Shown: positions 21,308-31,496, numbered from the stretch's first letter. The stretch is 53,179 nucleotides of DNA from Pseudomonadota bacterium (GCA_043820105.1 JBDREC010000075.1:1-53179); one strand, 5' to 3'. Made by a program: numbers and translations. The notes: generated by a model from the letters alone, not told the origin.

Positions 21308-21633
21308 ATAAAAATAATTCAGCAAAAGTATATTATAATGACGTGTTAGCTGGAAAACTCAAAAAGGAAAATAATACTTATGTTTTTATTTATGATGTTT
21401 TGTACCTTAATAAAAATATTTCCGAAGCAATTAGCCTGAGCTTACCCTTGAAAGCCGAGGCATATAAAAGTGCAAAGCTATTTCCTTTTTTTACAGGATT
21501 AATTCCTGAAGGCTGGTTATTAAAGCTAAACTCTAAAACATTAAAAATTGATCCAGATAATCACTTCGATATGCTATTAGAAGTGGGAAAGGATTGTATT
21601 GGCGCAGTTAAAGTTATCAGGGAGGACAAATGA
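21304..21633 (+). CDS. Stand-alone HipA N-terminal domain protein (HipS-like antitoxin)
   Basis: ISLSLP, LFPFF.GLIPEGW, DCIGAV; ATGA overlap with both neighbours. Confidence 0.85.
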   Translation: MNKNNSAKVYYNDVLAGKLKKENNTYVFIYDVLYLNKNISEAISLSLPLKAEAYKSAKLFPFFTGLIPEGWLLKLNSKTLKIDPDNHFDMLLEVGKDCIGAVKVIREDK

Positions 21634-22568
21634 AAATCTGCCTAGCTTGTGAAAAAGAAATTACAGAAAAAACCAATTACAACTTTCATAAATCCTGTTT
21701 GAAAAAAACTTTTAATAGCTCTTATCTCCCTGAAATAACATTCGGCTATGCTGATTTAAATAAAGAGGCTTTAAATATTGTGGGTCTTATGTCTATTTCA
21801 GGGGCACAAATTAAACTCCCTGTTAAAATAATTAAAAAAGTGTTTACTGTTACTGCCTATGAAACTTCACATATTCTAAAACCCTCTCCATCTGAATATC
21901 CATATCTGGCTGAAAATGAAAACTTATGCATGAACATGTATGAAAAGTTTGATAGTCCAAGAGAAACAGCAATCCATTCTTTAATAGAATTAAAAGACGG
22001 TAAATATGCTTATATTGTAAAAAGATTTGATAGAGACTATGAGGGTAAAAACCAATTCAAAATACATGTGGAAGATTTTTGTCAGTTGCTTGAAAAAGAT
22101 GATAAATATATTGGTTCCATTGAACAAATTGGAAAATTTATTTTAGCGAATTCAGCCATTCCTCATATTGACACCCAAAAATTATTTTTAAGATGCATCT
22201 TTAATTTTTTGATAGGAAATGGTGATGCCCATCTTAAAAATTTTTCCCTGAGAAAACATCCAAGTTATGGTTATCGCCTGTCTCCAGTATATGATTTAGT
22301 ATGTTCAAAAATTTACTTAAAGAATGAAGATGATTCCGCTCTTTCCATAAATGGAAAGAAAAATAATCTTAACAAAAATGATTTCAAAAATCTGGCAACT
22401 TATCTGGAAATAGAAAACAGAAGGTATTTTGAACTAATGAATCGCGCTTCATATTTTTATGATAATGAATTACAACAACATCTTAATAATTCTTTTCTGC
22501 CTGAAAACATAAAAATAGAGTTTAAAAAAATTATTGATGACCGTTTTAACAGATTATTTTCATGTTAA
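21630..22568 (+). CDS. HipA-family Ser/Thr kinase toxin (HipT-like)
   Basis: MSISGAQ loop, ILKP, ENE, KRFDR, EDFCQ, GNGDAHLKNFS, LSPVYD. Confidence 0.9.
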   Translation: MKICLACEKEITEKTNYNFHKSCLKKTFNSSYLPEITFGYADLNKEALNIVGLMSISGAQIKLPVKIIKKVFTVTAYETSHILKPSPSEYPYLAENENLCMNMYEKFDSPRETAIHSLIELKDGKYAYIVKRFDRDYEGKNQFKIHVEDFCQLLEKDDKYIGSIEQIGKFILANSAIPHIDTQKLFLRCIFNFLIGNGDAHLKNFSLRKHPSYGYRLSPVYDLVCSKIYLKNEDDSALSINGKKNNLNKNDFKNLATYLEIENRRYFELMNRASYFYDNELQQHLNNSFLPENIKIEFKKIIDDRFNRLFSC

Positions 22569-22638
22569 AAAATGTTTAATATGCCTTATAAGATGGCACA
22601 GGAAGTGCGACCAATTAAAAGTCAACTTTAAATTAGTC

Positions 22639-22666
22639 TTGACTTTTTGCAAGTTTACTTTATAAT
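22639..22666 (+). promoter_or_regulatory. Sigma-70-type promoter, probably giving a leaderless transcript
   Basis: TTGACT-N16-TATAAT ending 6 nt before ATG 22673; no SD sequence. Confidence 0.6.
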
Positions 22667-22672
22667 AGTCGT

Positions 22673-23794
22673 ATGAAAAGAAAACAAGAAGAAAGCATAA
22701 TCAAGGACTTAAAAGAAAAATATGTTTTTTTAGCTGGACCTCGTCAAGCTGGAAAAACTACCCTTGCCAGGCAACTTTTTGAAAAACTAAAATACCAGTA
22801 TCTCAGTTATGATTTAGCAGAAGATAGACAGATAATTATAAAAGGTAATTGGTCCAGGGAAAAAAACCTGATTATACTCGATGAATTTCATAAACATGTA
22901 GCGTGGAAAACTTTTTTAAAAGGCTATTATGATACAGAGGGAAATCACCCCTCTATATTGGTAACGGGTAGTGCAAAAATGAATGTTTTTCGAAAAGGAA
23001 ACGATTCAATGGTAGGTCGATATTTCTACCATAGATTATTACCTCTTTCTGTGGTTGAACTAAAAGACCAGCTTAATGCAAATGAAGCAGTTTCTAACCT
23101 CTTGCAATATGGCAATTTCCCTGAACCTTTTTTAAAGTCTTCCAAAGTGGCATTAAAACGTTGGCAACATCAATATTTAGAAAGAGTCGCCAGAGAAGAT
23201 GTTTCAGATCTATCTAATGTTAAGAATTTAACTAAGATTCAATTATTAATTGACTTATTAAGAGCAAGAGTAGGATCTACAATATCATATTCTTCATTAG
23301 CCCAGGACATTGAAGTCGCCCCACAAACTGTAAAAGAATGGATTAACCTCTTAGAGCAACTATACATTGTCTTTAGAGTCACTCCATATCATCACAACAT
23401 AGCTCGCTCAATTCTAAAAGAGCCAAAGGTATATTTTTTTGACTGCACAATGGCTTTTGATGAAAAAGCACATTTAGAAAATCTTGTAGCTATTTCTTTA
23501 TTAAAGCATTTATGGTTTCAGGAAGACACAATGGGTATTAATGGAAGCCTGTATTTCATGCGAACCAAAGATGGCAAGGAAATTGACTTCCTAACTGTTC
23601 AAGATAATAAAACTATACATGCCATTGAAGTTAAAAGATCAGATGAAAAGCTACATCCAGGATTTAAGTACTTTTCAAAATTTATAAATCCTGCGAAAAA
23701 GTATCAATTGCTGCTAAATCTTAGACAAACCCAAACAATTGACGATGTACAAATAAAGTCTGTTGCTGATTATTTGAGTAAATTGAGTATTTAA
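22673..23794 (+). CDS. AAA_14 ATPase with DUF4143 domain (paralog of 11042..12217)
   Basis: GPRQAGKT, LDEFH, TGS, GNFPEP, PKVYFFD, EIDF, IEVK. Confidence 0.9.
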   Translation: MKRKQEESIIKDLKEKYVFLAGPRQAGKTTLARQLFEKLKYQYLSYDLAEDRQIIIKGNWSREKNLIILDEFHKHVAWKTFLKGYYDTEGNHPSILVTGSAKMNVFRKGNDSMVGRYFYHRLLPLSVVELKDQLNANEAVSNLLQYGNFPEPFLKSSKVALKRWQHQYLERVAREDVSDLSNVKNLTKIQLLIDLLRARVGSTISYSSLAQDIEVAPQTVKEWINLLEQLYIVFRVTPYHHNIARSILKEPKVYFFDCTMAFDEKAHLENLVAISLLKHLWFQEDTMGINGSLYFMRTKDGKEIDFLTVQDNKTIHAIEVKRSDEKLHPGFKYFSKFINPAKKYQLLLNLRQTQTIDDVQIKSVADYLSKLSI

Positions 23795-23955
23795 AGGATA
23801 GCAAATTATCACTAAGACAAATTGCAGGCATACTAGAAACAAGCCCAAATCAAATTTATGAAATTTTATCAATGGAAAAAAGAAATAGACATTTAGTACA
23901 GCTTTTGAAATTGCTCTCACTTCTTGGATTAAAAATGGAAATAAAGGCTTCTTAA
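23794..23955 (+). pseudogene. 5'-truncated XRE/HTH antitoxin-like remnant
   Basis: Start-less frame KDSKLSLRQIAGILETSPNQIYEIL...LVQLLKLLSLLGLKMEIKAS* abutting the AAA stop. Confidence 0.55.
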
Positions 23956-24149
23956 TTGTTTTCAAAATCAGGTCAATCCTATAAACTGCACTGGTCAGCA
24001 TATCTCCCAACAAGTTAATAAAATAGTCAAAATATAGAGGAACAGCTTAAGCTATAAGCTAGTAAAAATGAGATTAAGACAATTAGCTCATTTTGCTGAG
24101 CATTTTAACGATTTGAAGTAGTTGATCTTTAAAGTAGAAATATTCTTGA

Positions 24150-24488
24150 TCTGATAAAAGATTAAATGCTTCTAGAAGATCAAAGATTGCTGAAGCCTCT
24201 GAAGCTGATGCTTTAGCAATATCAAAAAAGATGCCACGTGGGTATGCTTATCTCGTTGATCATTTGAAAAGAGCAGCAGTTTCTTCAATCTTAAATCTAG
24301 CTGAAGGTAATGGAAAAACAAGCCTAAAGGATAGAAAAAGGTTCTTCGAAATCTCTCTTGGATCTATAGCTGAAGTTTGTGCTTGTCTTGACTGTCTAAA
24401 TTCTTTTGATCTTTTGTCTAATTCTAAATTCTTAAATCTTAAGTCCAGATTCAATTCTATTTATTCAATGATCTTCAAACTAAAATAA
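24150..24488 (+). pseudogene. Four-helix-bundle (23S rRNA IVP-like) protein, N-terminus apparently decayed
   Basis: LVDHLKRAAVSSILNLAEGNGK..DRKRFFEISLGS.AEV.A.LD; frame open from 24150 but first ATG only at 24231. Confidence 0.65.
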
Positions 24489-24692
24489 TAAATTTATAAA
24501 ATTAATTATTTATTCTAAAAAGCATAATTTTTGCTTACCATTCCAGTTTTTACGCGTATAATTGACTTATGATGTATTTTCCAAAGGTTGTTCCTGATTA
24601 TTCGAACCTTAGGCCTAAATAAAATTTAACTCTATAAAAAAGCTAACATTTAATTTTTACAATGGTGAGATTTTATAAAACAAAGTTAATCA

Positions 24693-24860
24693 TCAGAAAA
24701 CATTTAAAACCTCATCACAGGCATCCCCAAGCGCATCTTTGTCTGTATCAATCTGATCAGGGTTGTAAACAGTAACACAATTATCATCATAATCCAAAAT
24801 CCCATCATTATCAATGTCAGCATCTAAAAAAGGACCGCATCTATGAGAAAGCTTATTCAC
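24693..24860 (-). pseudogene. 55-aa single-TSP3-repeat ORF, likely a deleted lipoprotein gene
   Basis: AAGGAGG-N4-[58 protein letters not shown]; no signal peptide. Confidence 0.65.
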
Positions 24861-24923
24861 ATGTCCTCCTTCAATAAACTCTTCTTTCCACGCCGTACGC
24901 TGTACGCTGTACTCTGTGCGCCC

Positions 24924-25670
24924 TTAACAATCATCAATATCACGATGATATTTCTCCCCAGTTGATGATCCCCATCCAGAGGAATCAATTTGCCCATCAT
25001 CCAAATTAAAACCCTGGACTCTGATTTCCATTAGCTGATCATAGTCACCGTCTTGGTCTGCATCCATTTGACCATCATCCATGTGAATCCAGGTGTATTC
25101 ACCGTGTTCAATAAAATAATAATAATCACCCTTTTCGTAACCTGCATTCAAGCCCTTTTGAGAAATCTCCTCATCACCATATTGTTCATAGTATTTATTC
25201 CACTCATTGGCATCTTTGGCATTTATTTTATAATAGCGATATTCACTTTTGCTATTATTATTTTCATATAATGGTCTTCTAACTTCAATCACATAGTATT
25301 CATATTCAAGATTTGGAATACGAATTCGCATAGCATTTCCATCTCTAACAGTGAGGTCAGAAAAGTCACCATGACCATCGGAAAGGTAGGTTCCCCAATC
25401 TAAAAAATGATCATAAGAATCATAAGGTGACCAACAAACACCGTAAACTTTCGGTGTTGAAGGTTCAGATTCATCATCAGCTGTTGGATCATCGTCTTCA
25501 GGATTATGATCGCCGTCGCCATCACCGTCACCGTCGCCGTCGCCGTCGCCATCGCCATCACCTTCGACTTGTGGGTTTTCCGAATCCCTTGTGTCACCAC
25601 AAGAAATCACCAATGTACTTACCATAAAAATAAGTGCGATTAAAAATAGGATTTTAATTAAAGTTTTCAT
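24924..25670 (-). CDS. Acidic lipoprotein: (GD)9 plus shared FN3-like domain
   Basis: Start MKTLIK at 25670 (RBS GGAG); lipobox VISC; CWS..GHG..NAMRI..YYVIEV.R..EIRVQG. Confidence 0.85.
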   Translation of the reverse strand: MKTLIKILFLIALIFMVSTLVISCGDTRDSENPQVEGDGDGDGDGDGDGDGDGDHNPEDDDPTADDESEPSTPKVYGVCWSPYDSYDHFLDWGTYLSDGHGDFSDLTVRDGNAMRIRIPNLEYEYYVIEVRRPLYENNNSKSEYRYYKINAKDANEWNKYYEQYGDEEISQKGLNAGYEKGDYYYFIEHGEYTWIHMDDGQMDADQDGDYDQLMEIRVQGFNLDDGQIDSSGWGSSTGEKYHRDIDDC

Positions 25671-25722
25671 TTTTATCTCCCAAGATTTAAAATAATACAA
25701 TATTATATTTAGGTTTTAATTT

Positions 25723-27084
25723 TTAAAGTTCATGATACCATTGAATATCGCTATGAAACAACTCGCCACTTGATTGTCCCCAAGAACTCTTTGTACCATC
25801 AGAGTTTAATCCCATGACTTTAATTTCAAATTTATCATCAGTATTATAGTCATCATCATCAGCATCCAACATCTTATTATCAATGAATATATATGTACTT
25901 GAATCATCATGTGTTATATAATAAAAATAGTCTCCCTGACTAAAATTTTGGCCATTCATGCTTTTCTCACTAATATCATTAGAGGCAAATTTAAATTCCA
26001 AGTTTTCCCAATCATCATCACTGGTCCCATTTAAATTTCCATTAATCTTGTAATAGACATATTGATTTGAATCGCCAGCTAAATTCATTCTATCAACTTC
26101 AATAATATAATAATCATATTCCAACCTATCAACCTCGATCCGCATAGCATTACCAAAAGGTAGGTTTGCAAAATCATACACTATATCACTTATTTCACCA
26201 TGTCCTTCTGATACCCAATCATAATGAATGCCAGTAATATCAAGATAAATATATGCCTCTCCTAAATCCCAATAAGAATCTTTATTTGACCAGCATAAAG
26301 AGTCTGGGGAAATGTCCGGTGCAACCAAATCATCATCTCCATCTCCATCTCCATCTCCATCACCATCTCCACCATTATCATTATCACATGCATCGCCGAT
26401 TCCATCACCATCAGAATCGACTTGATACATCCCCATGATAACATTTGAAACAGAGGGGCAATTATCATCACAATCGCCAAACCCATCACCGTCACTATCC
26501 GCATTACAATCAACATCACCGTCTCCATCACCGTCTCCATCTCCATCTCCATCACCATCTCCACCATTATCATTATCACATGAATCGCCAATTCCATCAC
26601 CATCAGAATCATATTGAGTTGAATTTATCACATCAACACAGTTATCATAACAATCCATAATAGTATCTCCGTCTGTATCAATTTCACAGCTTGGATCAGT
26701 AGCACTCGTTGCATCTGTTCCATCACAATCCTGATCAATCCCATCATCCATTACATCCGTTGCTCCAATATAAATAGTAGGTTCAGCATCATCACAGTCA
26801 CCTTCGTCTTCAGTAAATCCATCACCATCATCATCTGCTGAAGGATCTCCTTCATCACCGTCACCCGGAGTCTCACAAAGATCACCAATCCCATTGCCAT
26901 CACTATCTAATTGGCTTGGATTGACAATTAAAGGACAGTTATCAACATCATCTGTCCAGGTGTCACCATCTGAATCCATCTTAGCTGGATCAACAGTGAT
27001 ATCTCCGCCAGAACATGATATAAGTGATGTAATGATAAAAATAAGAACAGTTAATAAAGAAATGCTTTGAATCATACGTTTCAT
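25723..27084 (-). CDS. Acidic lipoprotein: TSP3 repeats, MopE-like metal-binding motif, two GD tracts, shared FN3-like domain
   Basis: Start MKRMIQ at 27084; lipobox LISC; DGDGF...DCDD..PTIY.GA....DGIDQDCDG; DNCP repeats. Confidence 0.85.
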   Translation of the reverse strand: MKRMIQSISLLTVLIFIITSLISCSGGDITVDPAKMDSDGDTWTDDVDNCPLIVNPSQLDSDGNGIGDLCETPGDGDEGDPSADDDGDGFTEDEGDCDDAEPTIYIGATDVMDDGIDQDCDGTDATSATDPSCEIDTDGDTIMDCYDNCVDVINSTQYDSDGDGIGDSCDNDNGGDGDGDGDGDGDGDGDVDCNADSDGDGFGDCDDNCPSVSNVIMGMYQVDSDGDGIGDACDNDNGGDGDGDGDGDGDDDLVAPDISPDSLCWSNKDSYWDLGEAYIYLDITGIHYDWVSEGHGEISDIVYDFANLPFGNAMRIEVDRLEYDYYIIEVDRMNLAGDSNQYVYYKINGNLNGTSDDDWENLEFKFASNDISEKSMNGQNFSQGDYFYYITHDDSSTYIFIDNKMLDADDDDYNTDDKFEIKVMGLNSDGTKSSWGQSSGELFHSDIQWYHEL

Positions 27085-27242
27085 AGTGCCCCCTTGGTTT
27101 GAGTCGTAAGTCGTAAGTGGTAAGTTGTAAGTAAGGCTCACCACAAACAAAAAAAAGGCTTCCAGCATTAAAGCAAAAAAATCTTGCCTAATACTAAAAA
27201 CCCCTCATTACTTATAAAAATAAGTATTCTGAAGATCTTTAG

Positions 27243-27258
27243 TGCAAACTTGGTGCCA
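27243..27258 (-). promoter_or_regulatory. Sigma-54 promoter
   Basis: Minus strand TGGCACCAAGTTTGCA. Confidence 0.85.
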
Positions 27259-27464
27259 GAAAAGGGGTGCGATGATAACTTGTTGTATTTGCAATATGTT
27301 TTTGAGATTTGTGATCTGTGTCATGTTTTAAAGCTGGGCAAAAACAAAGCAATATTAAAGGGCTCTTTTTTATTTTTGTGCAATGGCAAGGCCATGGGGT
27401 TCCTTTAGTCTATGCTTGGTATTTTTTTATGAGTGATTTTTGGTTAATTGGATGTTTTTCGGGA

Positions 27465-27631
27465 ACCACAGGGGCACAGGGACACAGAGGGAGGAAAAAA
27501 ATGGATTTAAAGGGGAACTTTAAATTCATTTTTTGGGTGTTTTAAAGTTAGGTATAAACTCCTAAAAAAGAATTTTAAATTCAATTTAAAATACTTTTTT
27601 TCTTCCCCCTGTGTCTCTGTGCCCCTGTGGT
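27465..27631. repeat. 167-bp imperfect palindrome (MITE-like or long hairpin)
   Basis: ACCACAGGGGCACAGGGACACAG...CTGTGTCTCTGTGCCCCTGTGGT; arms pair imperfectly nearly to the centre. Confidence 0.85.
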
Positions 27632-27760
27632 AAAATTAACAACATTAAAATAAACAAGAAGCCTGCCAATATATAAGTGACTGAATATACGTGGAAAGAA
27701 TGGGCCTTTGTTATTGCCTAAAATCTAGCTATTAAAATGGCTTTTGAGCCTAATTTTTAG

Positions 27761-27928
27761 TCGCAAAGCACTCTGAATAGAGAAATAGAACCATTAATCT
27801 CTGCTTCAAAATATTTTGGAATTAAGGAAAACTTTATTCTTACGCTTAATCAGGAAAAAGAATTTAAGATAGGTTCAGTTAAAATAAAAGCTTTACCAGC
27901 CTGGAAATGGATATCTCGGATGGAGTAA
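27761..27928 (+). pseudogene. 3'-end remnant of an AAA_14/DUF4143-type ATPase gene
   Basis: Start-less frame TLNREIEPLISASKYFGIKENFILTLNQEKEF...IKALPAWKW*. Confidence 0.55.
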
Positions 27929-28016
27929 GAAATTGCAAAAAGCCATCATTTTTCTGATTTTAATAGGTCCAATTAGAGCTCAACTGTTCAAATTGAAGCA
28001 CAAGACAAATTGAAGG

Positions 28017-28332
28017 TTAAAGGCTCAAAATACCACTGGCCATAATCGGAGGAACTATTTTGATATCATCAGAAAATTTCATTGGTTTATTAAAAACAAG
28101 GGCAAATGCTTCATTTACGTTATAATGTGAACAAAAACTTTTTAATCCTCTTAGCTTTTTCAGAGAGTTTAAGGATAATTTTATTTCAACTGGAAGAATT
28201 TTATTTTCTTTTTTAATAATTAAATCAACCTTTGTTCCCTGTTTGTCGGGCACCGATTAAAATGAACTGTTTTGTTTTTCCAAATCTTTTCTCTATTTTG
28301 TTTAGTATGGGTCTAAAAATTAATGAACTCAT
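28017..28332 (-). pseudogene. Internally deleted AAA_14/DUF4143 ATPase gene
   Basis: ATG 28332 MSSLIFRPIL...ILIGARQTG (Walker A) joined out of frame to DKQGTKVDLII...PVEIK (nuclease-like end). Confidence 0.75.
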
Positions 28333-28580
28333 GAAAACATACCTTATCTTGGTTTTATTATGTATTTATTATATTTTATCTTGGTATTTTTGTAAATTAT
28401 TTAAATATTATCCAAATTAAACAGCGAAAGATTGAATTTCTCTAAGTGCGTCTGGTGCTTTCTTTTTTTTCTTCCAGATTCTTGAAACCAGTGGAATGTA
28501 AATGAGGTTTTATGAAGGTTCGTCCTCTGTTTTTCTAGCAACTATCAACCAGCAACTGATTTCAGGACAGGATTAGAGTA

Positions 28581-29474
28581 TCAGCAGCCATCCAAATCTG
28601 CTGGAGTTATATAGCCATCATATAATGTGAAACTTGTATAATCAGATTCTGAATTGTAGCCAGCTACTTTTATTTCAAGATCATCGTCACCATCGCCATC
28701 ATCATCAGAGTCCCAAATTGATGTATCAATAAAAAAAGCATTTTCAAGACCCGGCAGATAAAAGGACTGATAATAATAGGTTCCTGTATTGAAAACAATA
28801 TCTGATAAATTCATTTCTTCTGTGGAGTTTGCTACTTTATAATGTATCCAGCTATTATAACTGTTTGCTTCTAATTTAAAATAATAGTATTTACCATCTT
28901 CTCCGTCTATAAATTCTGTCCTGTTTACTTGAATTACATAATAATCATATTCAATAGTGCTGAGAGAAATTCTGGTAGCCTTGCCATCTTCCCGCATGAA
29001 GTCAATCATTTCACCGTGTCCATCGCTAGAGCTGCAATAGTTTTCACCCCAAATATTTTCCTCCCATGAACCATCATGACACAAACTTTCATTATGAAAA
29101 GAATCAAGAGTTGATTTACAAAATCCATTAATTTCTGGTCCTGCCTCTCTAATTGGAATGGGCCTAAAAGGCAATCTGCCATCACCATCGCCATCGCCAT
29201 CGCCATCGCCGTCACCGTCGCCATCTCCATCACCATCACCGTCGCCATCTCCATCGCCATCGCCATCGCCATCGCCATCTCCATCACCGTCGCCGTCGCC
29301 ATCTCCATCACCGTCGCCATCACCGTCGCCGTCGCCTGAAAACAATCCTGATCCACCATCCTGTTCTTGCTCATTAACCTTAATTTCAGATCCACCACAG
29401 GACATGATCATTAGAAATGAGAAAAGACTTAATAAAATAAAAATTACCGAAAAGATTTTAAATAGCTTTTTCAT
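28581..29474 (-). CDS. Acidic lipoprotein: ~26 GD units plus shared FN3-like domain (closest to 18284..19219)
   Basis: Lipobox IMSC; GPEI..FCKS.LDSFH.E.LC..KATRIS..LEIKVAGYNS..YTSFT..ITP..L..C. Confidence 0.85.
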   Translation of the reverse strand: MKKLFKIFSVIFILLSLFSFLMIMSCGGSEIKVNEQEQDGGSGLFSGDGDGDGDGDGDGDGDGDGDGDGDGDGDGDGDGDGDGDGDGDGDGDGDGDGDGRLPFRPIPIREAGPEINGFCKSTLDSFHNESLCHDGSWEENIWGENYCSSSDGHGEMIDFMREDGKATRISLSTIEYDYYVIQVNRTEFIDGEDGKYYYFKLEANSYNSWIHYKVANSTEEMNLSDIVFNTGTYYYQSFYLPGLENAFFIDTSIWDSDDDGDGDDDLEIKVAGYNSESDYTSFTLYDGYITPADLDGC

Positions 29475-29536
29475 GACTTTCTCCCCTAATCATTGAAAAT
29501 TGACAATTGATTATTGATTATTGATTATTCAATTGT

Positions 29537-29572
29537 ACTCATTGGATCCTGAAACGAGTTCAGGATGACATT
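29537..29572. repeat. REP-like hairpin repeat, copy 1
   Basis: ACTCATTGGATCCTGAAACGAGTTCAGGATGACATT; 33/36 identical to 33855-33890. Confidence 0.8.
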
Positions 29573-29610
29573 CCCTTGTTCTCTTGCGCTCTTGTTCTCT
29601 TGTTCTCTTG
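29573..29610. repeat. Octamer tandem repeat CTCTTGTT-like
   Basis: Similar array at 43490-43523; ATTGATT-like heptamer array nearby at 29492-29529. Confidence 0.7.
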
Positions 29611-29659
29611 ATTAGTTTAGGATGTGAAATATAGAATTTTAAGTTTCAGGTTTAGTTTT

Positions 29660-29675
29660 TGCAAAGATTGTGCCA
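29660..29675 (-). promoter_or_regulatory. Sigma-54 promoter
   Basis: Minus strand TGGCACAATCTTTGCA. Confidence 0.85.
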
Positions 29676-30026
29676 GACACACTAGTTATAACCGATCGAT
29701 ATTGTTGACAATTTAAAAGCGACATTTCAAGATTATGTCAAACTTGCCTAAATAAAGCAAAATAATTGAAGGACTGCCTGATATTAACACAATTGAGAAT
29801 ATTGTCCCCTCACACATTATTCTAAACAATAAATATTACATTTTATTAAACCAATAAAATTTTTTACAACTAAAGCAAAACAACAGAAGCTTCATAATCT
29901 AAACCCAAACCAACACCGTTTCGAAGACCAAACCGTGACGGCACCGAAGCCGAGAGACGATACGGGCTTCGTCACCGAAACCGGAGATTTTAATATTTTA
30001 AAAAAATTTATAAGGACGACCTATCG

Positions 30027-31421
30027 CTAACAAAGTGGCACGCTATTCACATCAGACGGTGTCCCAACAGGAATCTCTTCGCTCCAGTCACTTAATACTA
30101 ACGCATTAGGATCAAAGGCTCTTATTCTGATTGTCAGCTCATCATCATAAAGACCATTATCATCACGATTGTCTGTTATCCAGCTATCAACATAAAAACT
30201 TGAATAATCATTGTCACGTTCACTTTTGTAATATCTTGATATAACGCCAAACTCAGCTGCAATTAATTCATCATCAGTAGCTTCAATGGTATCAGAAGAA
30301 TAATAATTAATATCCTGCCAATCATTTACATATTTATTAAATTTATAATAAACATAATTATCATTATTTGTTCCGCTTTGATAAAACTCTATAATATACC
30401 ATCTAAAATTCATAACATGATTAAAGCTTATTTTTAAAGCTTCATAGCCAACACTATAATCTGAATCCTCGGCAGACATACAAAAAGAAATTTCGTTTGG
30501 CATATCATTGTCACCATGATATTGATCTGCGCCGTCTAAGACACCATCATCATCTGAGTCAGCATCATTTGGATTTAAGTGAGCAGGATGATTTATTTCT
30601 TCATAATCTGTTAAACCATCAAAATCTGAATCTGCTTCATTTGGATTCGGATGTGAAGGATGATTAACTTCTTCATAATCTGTCATAAGATCACCATCTG
30701 TATCAGCTTCACTTGGGTCTGTACTTGGGCCACCTTCTACGACTTCTTCGTAATCTGTTAGACCGTCATCATCAGTATCTGCATCATTTGGATCTGAGAT
30801 ATAAGAATCCTGTTCAAAAAGATAATTTAATTCTTCCCTATCTGTTAATAAATCGCCATCAGTATCAGCATTTAATGGGTCAATATTATAATCAGCATAA
30901 GTTATAATTTCTTCATAATCAGTAAAGCCATCCCCGTCAGTGTCTTGAACTAATGGATCTGTTCCATGAAGAGCTTCATCTTCGTCACTCAAGCCATCTT
31001 CATCTGTGTCAATATCTTCATCTCCATCACCATCACCATCACCGTCGCCGTCACCGTCTCCATCTCCATCTCCATCGCCATCTCCATCGCCATCGCCATC
31101 GCTATCACCATCACCGTCTCCGTCTCCATCTCCATCGCCATCGCCATCACCATCTCCGTCACCGTCGCCATCGCCGTCACCATCACCGTCGCCGTCACCG
31201 ACTGGATCTTCAACAACTACACAACAAGTCAAAAAAGCTACATCTTCCTCACTCGTTATGTCTTCATAAACAACTTCAATTTCATCAAGGCAAACTAAAT
31301 CACAAGTTTCAACTAGCATTTCAAGATCCAAGGTTTTTAATTCTTCTCCGTTGTTTCCTGAAGAACAGGAAAATAATAAGATTGAAAGAATGGATAATAA
31401 AATAAAATAATGCTTTTTCAT
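30027..31421 (-). CDS. Acidic lipoprotein: 4-Cys N-module, ~30 GD units, bacterial TSP3-type repeats, shared FN3-like domain
   Basis: Lipobox LFSC; repeated [43 protein letters not shown]. Confidence 0.85.
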   Translation of the reverse strand: MKKHYFILLSILSILLFSCSSGNNGEELKTLDLEMLVETCDLVCLDEIEVVYEDITSEEDVAFLTCCVVVEDPVGDGDGDGDGDGDGDGDGDGDGDGDGDGDGDGDSDGDGDGDGDGDGDGDGDGDGDGDGDGDEDIDTDEDGLSDEDEALHGTDPLVQDTDGDGFTDYEEIITYADYNIDPLNADTDGDLLTDREELNYLFEQDSYISDPNDADTDDDGLTDYEEVVEGGPSTDPSEADTDGDLMTDYEEVNHPSHPNPNEADSDFDGLTDYEEINHPAHLNPNDADSDDDGVLDGADQYHGDNDMPNEISFCMSAEDSDYSVGYEALKISFNHVMNFRWYIIEFYQSGTNNDNYVYYKFNKYVNDWQDINYYSSDTIEATDDELIAAEFGVISRYYKSERDNDYSSFYVDSWITDNRDDNGLYDDELTIRIRAFDPNALVLSDWSEEIPVGTPSDVNSVPLC

Positions 31422-31496
31422 AAAATTCCCCCTAAATGGTTATATTTTTTTAATCCCCCATGCCTAAGCTTGTATTTTTTTTAATAAATAAAATTA

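Noticed and set aside
22594..22609. TGGCACAGGAAGTGCG on the + strand before the second AAA ATPase
   Set aside because: Spacing fits but the -12 context is weak, and a good sigma-70 promoter sits directly before the ATG; not counted in the regulon
23714..24013. 99-aa minus-strand ORF
   Set aside because: No recognisable motif; the opposite strand gives a more convincing HTH remnant
29916..29984. GC-rich stretch with CCGAAR-like units and a partial hairpin downstream of the 30027 gene
   Set aside because: Single occurrence with imperfect pairing; could be a terminator or decayed repeat, but too weak to call
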